DNA of 64,000 nt from Ostrea edulis (Eukaryota). The DNA is taken from assembly GCF_947568905.1 (NCBI RefSeq), contig NC_079170.1, forward strand, positions 6,758,001-6,822,000. Direction: 5' to 3'. Positions within the stretch are counted from its first letter, which is position 1, and every line of letters begins with the position of its first letter. This document shows positions 1 through 10,500 of the stretch, piece after piece. The notes under the pieces were generated by a model. The model saw only the letters and a program-made list of their open reading frames with translations, did no database searches and had not been told where the DNA came from. A program made the position numbers and the translations under genes.

Positions 1-46
1 AAGCTTGAAAGTGGAGGGGTGTTTATAATAATATTTCTTTATCTAA

Positions 47-340
47 TTACTGTTCTCTACAATCATTATAAAAAGGACATACTAATATAAAATGATATTC
101 ATCTTCAATACTCTCTGAATATAATTTGCATTTTCTTTCGTTTCTTGGAATATTGCTAAATCTATCTTGTTCAATTTCTAATCTATATGAGGATAATCGG
201 TATTTATTAATATTTTGAACATATATACTTGGAATAGATTTTGTAAGACACAATTGTAATTTAAAACCTTCATTGACATATTTATATAAGTTACATTTTG
301 GTGACGTCTCAAAAACACTATTAATTTCTTGTATAAACAC
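47..340 (-). mobile_element. Degenerate non-LTR retrotransposon (LINE) ORF2 C-terminal fragment
   Basis: Translation RLSSYRLEIEQDRFSNIPRNERKCKLYSESIEDEYHFILVCPFY matches the RLSxHxLxIExGR...RxERxCxxC...EDExHFxLxCPxY C-terminal zinc-knuckle region of invertebrate LINE ORF2 proteins; one Cys is lost. Confidence 0.7.
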
Positions 341-968
341 ATCTTGAATTAAAACTCACACATACAATCATTAGTAAATGTTTGGCCTGGGCAACCTACA
401 GAAACAGGAGTTCGGATAATTATGTGGAATTAGGATCTCTCTCTCTCTCGATTTCTCTCTCGATCGATCGATCGATCGAAGCCTCTGTTATGCTCCATCG
501 CTAATACAACATTAAAATGAATAAAATGAGTACTCAACATCTTCTTTTCGAGATTCGTTCACAAAGCAACCCACTCAGAAATCTAACTTGTCATTTGAAA
601 TAAGTTGAAATAAGGCAGACACCCCAAAGGCAGTTTTTATATCGCTCGGTCACTATTTTTTCTATCATAATGCCCAAATGTTACTACATGTATTAGGAAG
701 TTTTGACTTAAATCCAGACACGATATATGATCTTAAAACATGAATGAATATATTTTGAAAGGGTAGGAAAACACAATTATGCTTGGAAAATACTATAGAC
801 AGTCACCTGGTTGTTGAATACAGGTAAACTTCCCTTAAGGTACTAATCATCAAAACCAGCTAGTACAAAAATCAACCAATCAAGATAAATCAAGGTGATT
901 ATGATTAAAGGATAAACATGCAGAAGGGTTAAGTTAAACAGAATCCAGAAATAGTTTAAGTACTCGTG

Positions 969-1505
969 TGAAACATGTGAAACGTGTACTAACATGTGAA
1001 ACGTGTACTAACATGTGAAACATGTACTAACATGTGAAACGTGTACTAACATGTGAAACGTGTACTAACATGTGAAACGTGTACTAATATGTGAAATGTG
1101 TACTAACATGCGAAACGTGTACTAACATGTGAAACGTGTACTAACATGTGAAACGTGTACTAATATGTGAAACGTGTACTAACATGCGAAACGTGTACTA
1201 ACATGTGAAACGTGTACTAACATGTGAAACGTGTACTAACATGTGAAACGTGTACTAACATGTGAAACGTGTACTAACATGTGAAACGTGTACTAATATG
1301 TGAAACGTGTACTAACATGTGAAACGTGTACTAACATGTGAAACGTGTACTAACATGGGAAACGTGTACTAACATGCGAAACGTGTACTAACATGTGAAA
1401 CGTGTACTAACATGTGAAACGTGTACTAACATGTGAAACGTGTACTAACATGCGAAACGTGTACTAACATGCGAAACGTGTACTAACATGCGAAACATGT
1501 ACTAA
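969..1505. repeat. 19-bp minisatellite (TACTAACATGTGAAACGTG)n, about 28 copies
   Basis: Directly visible tandem array; ends about 55 nt before the candidate acceptor at 1560. Confidence 0.95.
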
Positions 1506-1560
1506 GTATGTTGTTAACTTTCTCTTGTCACTCGACTTGGTCCCTTGCTTTGCTCGTCAG

Positions 1561-4500
1561 CAAATCTCTTGGGAATCAAGAAAACTTTACCAACATATCC
1601 TTATTCAACTTTTGTTACAGGGACAACACTCAGACCTGTATCTCTAGTTTTACCACAACCTTGGACATGCGTCAACAGTCTGTCACATACGGCTCCAAAG
1701 TTGGCAATTCCACAAACCCGCAGTTTTTGGAAGTGGACAACTGGGTGAAACCTTTCATGTTAAATATAATTGTCATGTGATAAGATTTGTTTTGTTTCTG
1801 GTTTAGCTCGCCTGAGCAGCTGAAGGCTCAAGTGAGCTTTTCTTATCACAATTTGTCCGTTGCCTGTCCTCGTCGTCGTCGTTGTAAACTTTTCACATTT
1901 TCATCTTTCCCTCCAGAACCACTGGGTCAACCTCAACCAAACTTCGGATTTCAAGTTAGTTCAGATTAAGTGCCACGTCTTCTTTAATGGGGAGATAATC
2001 GCAAAAATATGTGATCCACTTAAAAATCTTCTTCGCAAGAACAACTGGGCCATGGGAGCTCAAATTTACATGTAAGCTTCCTGGCATAGTACATATTTAG
2101 GTTTGTCCAAATCATGGCCCCGGGGAGTGGGTTGAAACCACAATAGGGGGATCAAAGTTTTACATGGGAATAGATAAGGAAAATCTTTTAAAATCTTTTC
2201 AAGAACCACTAGACCAAAAGTGCTGAGATTTACATGACAGTTTCCTAGCATAGTGCAGATTCAAGGCTGCTAAAAGTATGACCCCATGGAGTGGGATGGG
2301 GCCACAATAAGAGATTTTTTTTTTACATGGGAATGAATAGGGACAATCTTTTAAAATCTTCTGAATACGGGATCAAAGTTGACATACAAATATATAGGGA
2401 AAATCATTAAAAATCTGAAGAATCACTGGGCCAGTAAAGTATATATTTACATGAAAGCTTCCACATAGTGCCACCAGGGGTAGGATGGGGCCACAATAGG
2501 GGATTAAAAAAAATACATAATTACATATAGAGAAAATCTTTTAAAATCTTCTTCACAAGAACCATTGGGCCAAAGAGTTTACATTTACATGAAAGCTTAC
2601 TGACATAGTGCAGATTCAAGTTTGTAAAAAGCATGGCACCCGGGGGGTACGTTGGGGCCACAATAGGGACCAACGTTATACATGGAAACTTTTAAGATAT
2701 GGGCCAATGTGACTCACGTGCGCGATGTGACCTATGGGCTTCTGTTCCTTCTTTTTACGATTAAACACATTTATCCAGTTCTTTAGATCAGCATTTTTAC
2801 ATGTGCCTCTACATCCCGACCTGACCAGCGGAATGGGGACCCAATACTGTTTACAAACACATTCACTTTTACACTTATGATAAACTCTCATTTACAAGAT
2901 AGAAGTAAAGCGAAAGAAGATACAGGGAAAACTACTCTGGCTGCTAAATAAAAACGTAAAAAATAGGAGGGAAAATGCCAGTATAGGTCATGTTGTTTTG
3001 TTTACCCTGTGCACAATTTGAAAGTCTTGTGGTCACAAAACCAGTACAAATATATATTCCTTATCTTATACAAATCTTTTCTTATTATCTTATCAAAAAA
3101 AATATCAAGGATGATAGTAACGAAAGTTTTACGTTACTATCATCGTTCATTTCCGTTACTATCATCCTCGCTGTTTTTTCAACGACGAATTTTCTGTTCA
3201 TATGAGCCGTATAAAAGATAAAATAACACCTGATCGTAATTGTTGCTAGTGTATATTTCTTGCCTACATATCATTCGCAAATAAACAGTACAAATAGATA
3301 TAATAAGTAAACGTGGTCTTTCCGGAATTTCCTTCCGCCATCTTGGGATGATAGTAACGAACAGTTTAATACCAGTGATATTGTTATCGTTTGTAAATTC
3401 AAAAACATTAAAGTAGATTTTTTTTACCATTCTTGGTCTGTACTTGAAATTTTTTCGTTCTTTTGACCTCTTGATGTTTCACCACTGTCATTAAAAATCT
3501 TGTACATTTTCATATTTCCCGTATGAGCAAAGGTAAGTGGTACAATATGTAATGGCATAATAGGTTCATCCTCTTTGTCATGCGATAAGATGATTAAAGC
3601 AAAACTATAAATGTGCTTCATGCGTACAAAATGCATTTCTTAACTTAAAATTACATTCATATTATTTTCATTTAGAAAAAATACCTTGACAAGATATCAG
3701 TGAACGTGTATGATATGGGACCCTCTACACGACTCATCTACCAGAACGAGTTTTCTGATTACAGTCTTAAAATTGGGAACAACATTCTGTCACAAAACTG
3801 GGGACAGAAAAAATTAGTAGCCAGTTATTTATCGGATCACAATGCTTTCTCGTAATGAGTTTTCATACTCACATAATATAATATCAACTTTTCAGTTTAA
3901 ACGTATCCAATGTTGATATAAATTTTTCCATATTAGTTTCTTTAAATCTCTTAACAAATGATTGATAAGATTGTTACATTTAGATTACAGTTAACTTACA
4001 AAGTGTACTGTTCTGAGGGCTACTATGGATCAGAATGTACCGCTCACTGTCCTGGTAATCCAAGGAAGTGTGTAGTCAACGGGCATACCTACTGTAAAAT
4101 GGGTGAGTTAGAATTCCAATCTGATCTAGGTATTCAGACATCAGACCAACTTGAGAAATTTAATGAATGGGTGGGTGGGTACGTTAACACTTTAAAGATT
4201 TCGCATACATTGTAGGTTGGGGTGGCACCAACTGTGACCAAGACGTTAACGAATGTTCTACACATAATTTCTGCAGTCATGGTCAATGTACAAACACTGT
4301 TGGTAGTTTTCATTGTACCTGTCCTCCCTCCGTGTACGGTCTGAAGTGTCAGCTGGATGAGGATGAATGTTTACTGAAGCCTTGTAATGGCGGAGAATGT
4401 ATCAACAAAATAGGGAGTTACCAGTGTCAGTGTAAGAACGGAACCACTGGTAAAAACTGTGAAGCTTTAACGGCACACACGTGTTCCGGCATCACGTGTA

Positions 4501-7500
4501 ATAACCATGGAACGTGTAGTGTCCGAGATCATAAGACAGTGTGTACGTGTGATTCAGGCTACTCTGGGACTGACTGTTCCGTCAGAGACTTCTGTGGAAA
4601 CAATAAATGTCAACATCATTCTACGTGTGTTATTGGTGAAACAAACTATACCTGTCACTGCCAAAAAGGTTATATGGGTCAATATTGTGAAATTCGGGAT
4701 TACTGCGCCAGTCAGCCTTGTCTTAACTCGGGAATCTGTACGAACACCCCGACACGATACCAGTGTAAATGTGTTGATTATTTTACTGGGAGAACATGCA
4801 GTGAGTATAACTATTGTGGGGGAATTAATTGCAGTGGTAACGGTATTTGTCACGTGGTTGGAAAGGGTCGTCATTGTTCTTGTAACCCAGGGTATAAAGG
4901 CACCGACTGTGAAATCCATGACTACTGCTATAACAAGAACTGCTCAAACCACGGAAATTGTAACAACGGAAACAATGAGTTCACGTGTACCTGTAGTGGC
5001 GGATACACCGATAAAGACTGCGAAACACGGAATTATTGTAATAATAAGCACTGTTCTAACCACGGTACGTGTCATAACGAACATACCTCATACAGATGTA
5101 ACTGTACCTCTGAGTACATCGGTAAAGATTGCCAGACACGAGATTATTGTTACAATCAGAAATGCTCTAGTCATGGCACCTGTCATAACGGACGAACCAC
5201 GTACACATGTACTTGTCATTCAGGATACACGGGCACAAACTGTGAGCACACTTACTGTTACAACAAAATATGCTCAAACCATGGTAAATGTGTAAATGGT
5301 CAAAACACATATACATGTAACTGTACCGCTGGATTCACGGGTACAAACTGTGAAAAAATAGATTATTGTAACAATCAGCACTGTTCTAACCACGGTACTT
5401 GTCGTAACGGAAATACCAAATATACATGTAATTGTAACCCTGGATACACCGGTACAAACTGTGAAAAAGTAGATTATTGTAACAACCAGCACTGTTCTAA
5501 CCACGGTACTTGTCGTAACGGAAATACCAAATATACATGTAATTGTAACCCTGGATACACCGGTACAAACTGTGAGAAAATAGATTATTGTAACAACCAG
5601 CGTTGTTCTAACCACGGTACCTGTCGTAACGGAAATACCAAATATACATGTAATTGTAACCCTGGATTCATCGGTACAAACTGTGAAAAAGTAGATTATT
5701 GTAACAACCAGCGCTGTTCTAACCACGGTACTTGTCGTAACGGAAATACCAAATATACATGTAATTGTAACCCTGGATACACCGGTACAAACTGTGAGAA
5801 AATAGATTATTGTAACAACCAGCGTTGTTCTAACCACGGTACCTGTCGTAACGGAAATACCAAATATACATGTAATTGTAACCCTGGATTCATCGGTACA
5901 AACTGTGAAAAAGTAGATTATTGTAACAACCAGCGCTGTTCTAACCACGGTACCTGTCGTAACGGAAATACCAAATATACATGTAATTGTAACCCTGGAT
6001 TCATCGGTACAAACTGTGAAAAAATAGATTTTTGTAACAACCAGCGCTGTTCTAACCACGGTACTTGTCGTAACGGAAATACCAAATATACATGTAATTG
6101 TAACCCTGGATACACCGGTACAAACTGTGAAAAAATAGATTTTTGTATGAACCATCACTGTTCTAACCACGGTAAATGTGTGAATGGACACACGTCATAC
6201 ACATGTAGTTGTAGCACAGGATACTCGGGTAGGAACTGCCAGACTCGGAATTATTGTTACAATAATCGTCAATGTCACAATGGCGCCACATGTGTGAATG
6301 GGAATTCTAATTATACCTGTAAATGCGTCCATGGTTATAAAGGTATCCACTGTGAAGTGCGTGATTTCTGTTACAACAAAAACTGTAGTGGGCGTGGAAC
6401 GTGTCAGAATGGTCACCATGGTTACTCCTGTAACTGTAATTCTGGTTTCCTAGGTAATGATTGTGAACATGATTATTGCTTCAATAACACGTGTAAAAAC
6501 GGAGCTACCTGTCATAGTGGAGCGTCAAACTATACGTGTTCTTGTACGCGGGGATACGTGGGGTCACTTTGTGAAACTCGGAATTATTGTCACGGTCAGA
6601 CATGTAGCAGGAGAGGAACATGTCAAAATGGCCGCAGTGGGTACACGTGTCATTGTCCGCCACAGTATCTCGGAAATAACTGTGAATTAAACAACTATTG
6701 TCATAGTAACCCATGTAAACAAGGAACGTGTACAAATACTAACAATGGATATAAGTGTTCCTGTACTGCGGGATATACCGGGACAAACTGTGATAGAACA
6801 GATCATTGTTACAATCAACATTGTTCTCACCACGGTACTTGTCACAACGGAAATAGCGCATATACTTGTACATGTAACGTTGGATACATAGGTAAAACCT
6901 GTCAAAAAACAGATTTTTGTAACAATCAGCAGTGTTCTAACCACGGTAGATGTGTGAATGGACAAAGTTCATACACATGTAGTTGTAGCGCAGGCTACTC
7001 GGGTAAAAACTGTCAGACACGGAATTATTGTTACAATAATCATCAATGTCAGAATGGCGGCACATGTGTGAATGGGAATTCTAAGTATACCTGTAAATGC
7101 GTCCATGGTCATAAAGGTATCCACTGTGAAGTGCGTGATTTCTGTTACAACAAGAACTGTAGTGGGCATGGAACGTGTCAGAATGGTCACCTTGGTTACT
7201 CCTGTAAGTGTAATTCTGGTTTCCTAGGTAATGACTGTGAACATGATTATTGCTTCAATAACACGTGTAAAAATAGAGCTACTTGTCATAGTGGAGCGTC
7301 AAACTATACGTGTTCTTGTACGCCGGAATACATGGGATCACTTTGTGAAACTCGGAATTATTGTCACGGTCAGACATGTAGCAGGAGAGGAACATGTCAA
7401 AATGGCCGCAGTGGGTACACGTGTCATTGTCCGCCACAGTATCTCGGAAATAACTGTGAATTAAACAACTATTGTCATAGTAACCCATGTAAACAAGGAA

Positions 7501-10500
7501 CGTGTACAAATACTAACAGTGGATATAAGTGTTCCTGTACTGCGGGATATACTGGAACAAACTGTGATAGAACAGATCATTGTTACAACCAACATTGTTC
7601 TAACCATGGTACTTGTCGTAACGGAAATACCAAATATACATGTAATTGTAACCCTGGATACACCGGTACAAACTGTGAAAAAATAGATTATTGTAACAAC
7701 CAGCACTGTTATAACCACGGTAGATGTGTGAATGGGAGAACCTCGTACACGTGTCGATGTGACGCTGGATACACTGGGAAAGACTGCGAACAAACTTACT
7801 GTTCTCGTCATCAGTGCATTAACGGTGCCACTTGTGTCGATGGAAATTCTGGTTATACGTGTAAATGCGTTACTGGCTACACTGGTTCACACTGTCAAGT
7901 ACGCGACTATTGTTACAGGCAAAACTGTAGTGGACATGGAATATGTTACAATGAGGAACATGGATTTGTCTGCTCTTGCAACGAAGAATTCTATGGTGTT
8001 CACTGTGAACGCCCATTTGACTGTTACATCAACCCATGCCTTCATGGAGTATGTTACGATCTCAATACAACTTACCAATGTTTTTGCAGTGATGGATATA
8101 CTGGGCGCCATTGCGATATTCCGTTAGTCACAGAAATCAGTACGGAAGCGGTTACTACACCAGAACATACCTCAGTTCAGATGTGCACTTCGTCTGCCTG
8201 TAACTATCATGGAACCTGCTTCCCGGAGATCAATCACAGAGGTTATGTCTGTGACTGTTTTCCTGATTGGTTGGGTGTTGACTGTGAGACATACAACTTC
8301 TGTCATAATATATCCTGCTCACATCATGGGCAGTGTTTCACTGGGCATAATGATTTTCTTTGTTTGTGTGATGACGGTTTCACAGGCAAAACGTGTAATT
8401 TGATTCAAAACTGCAAACCGGATTCTTGTACTAGTCCCCACGTATGTACAGAACACGGGAACGGTTACACGTGTGATTGTCCATCTGGGTTATCTGGAAG
8501 TTTGTGTCAGTACATTGATCATTGTTTTAGCAATCCGTGTGGTGTACACGGAAATTGTCTATCTGAAAATAACACGTTGCGATGTGTGTGTGACAAGGGA
8601 TGGACAGGAATCAATTGCTCAGATGCGGATTTTTGTAGCTCTAACCCATGTAAAGGTAACGGAAACTGTTCAAATACACCGACTAATTTCACTTGCTTGT
8701 GCGAACCTGGATGGGTAGGTGGTGATTGTAGCATTCGTGATCCTTGTCAGGACCACGTTTGTAGAAATGGAGGAAATTGTTCCATAGAAATTGAACAAAA
8801 GATGCTTGAACATACAGGATCGGATCCCTTTTCCTTATCAACATTGACAGTTCTTGATGAAGTAGCGACTGCAAAATGTCATTGTCTGCCAGGGTGGAAT
8901 GGAAGTCGATGTGGAGAGGATATGAATGAATGCTCAATCGCTGGTGTTTGTTCCGGACATGGGAAGTGCAAGAACACTATAGGCAGCTTTGTCTGTGACT
9001 GTGAAGTCGGATGGGAAGGGTTACAATGCGAAATTAACACCGATGACTGTATTTCATTTCCTTGCCTCAACAACGGAACGTGTCAAGATGATCTAAATAG
9101 TTTTACCTGTTCGTGTTCTCAGTATTGGGAAGGTGACACGTGCCAGAGAGACGTGAATGAATGTAATTACTTTCCATGTGGAGTCCACGGTACGTGCATA
9201 AACCATGAAGGGAATTACTCTTGTAGCTGCACGTCGTCATGGTCTGGGAGACACTGCGAAATTCATACGAAGTCTTGCTCTCTTCAACCATGCCAAAACA
9301 ATGCAACTTGTATAGATGTCGATGATACATTTTTCTGTGAATGTGCAACAGGTTTCGCGGGCCGTATGTGTGAAAGTGATGTAGACGAGTGCAAAATGAT
9401 CTCGCCATGCAAGCATTCAGGAACGTGTGTTAACACGTATGGATCCTATCGCTGCAATTGTATTTCGGGCTGGACAGGAGACCTTTGTGATAATGATATA
9501 GATGAATGCAGGACTTCGCCGTGTCCGCAGAACACGACATGTATTAACGAACTCAGTGGTTATCGTTGTGCCGATTGTTCAACCTTTGCCTGTTTGAATG
9601 GTGGTCATTGTATTGACAGGCTAAACGGACCTGAATGCTCATGTACGACGAATTGGACTGGAACACGCTGTCAGCAGCGGAACTTCTGTACCAACAATCC
9701 TTGTGCTCCATACGAAAAATGCATAAATACGAAAACAACTTACGCCTGTGAATATCATCCTTGTTTGAGTTCGCCGTGTAGGAATAATGGCACTTGTGTT
9801 GAAACAGGAATTGGTTTCCAGTGTCAGTGTCCCAATGGATGGATAGGTAGCACCTGTTCGGATAAAGATTATTGCGCCTCGGTTACCTGCATGAATAATG
9901 GAACGTGTTCTAATGCAAATGGGACTTTTCTCTGTTCTTGTTCGAAAAACTGGTATGGAGAAAGATGTAGCTATTTCGATTTCTGCTTTTCGTCTCCGTG
10001 CGTTAATAGTGGAATATGCCATAATGACTACGGAAGTGGTGACTTTTCGTGCGAATGTAAGAACGGCTGGGTCGGTAAAAAGTGTGAAAATAAAGATTTC
10101 TGTCTTTCAGTTCCATGCGTAAACAACGGTATTTGCGTCAACCTGAATGACACTTACACTTGCACCTGTTCTTCGGTGTGGGTCGGAAGAAACTGTCAAT
10201 ACTATAACTACTGTCTTCAGCATCCGTGTGGGGACAACGCAAAGTGTATCAACCAGAATGATACATATTCCTGCATATGTGACCCCGGGTACATCGGCCA
10301 ACACTGTGACTTTATTGATCATTGCCACGTGAACCCTTGCCTCAATAACGGAACCTGTAGTTTGGAACCATATGGTTATCGCTGTCACTGTCATGGAGGT
10401 TACGTTGGAAACCGATGTGAGCGCGATATGGACGAATGCACTTTTGACCTTTGTCCTGCCAAATCAACCTGCTACAATAAAGACGGTGGATATGAATGTA

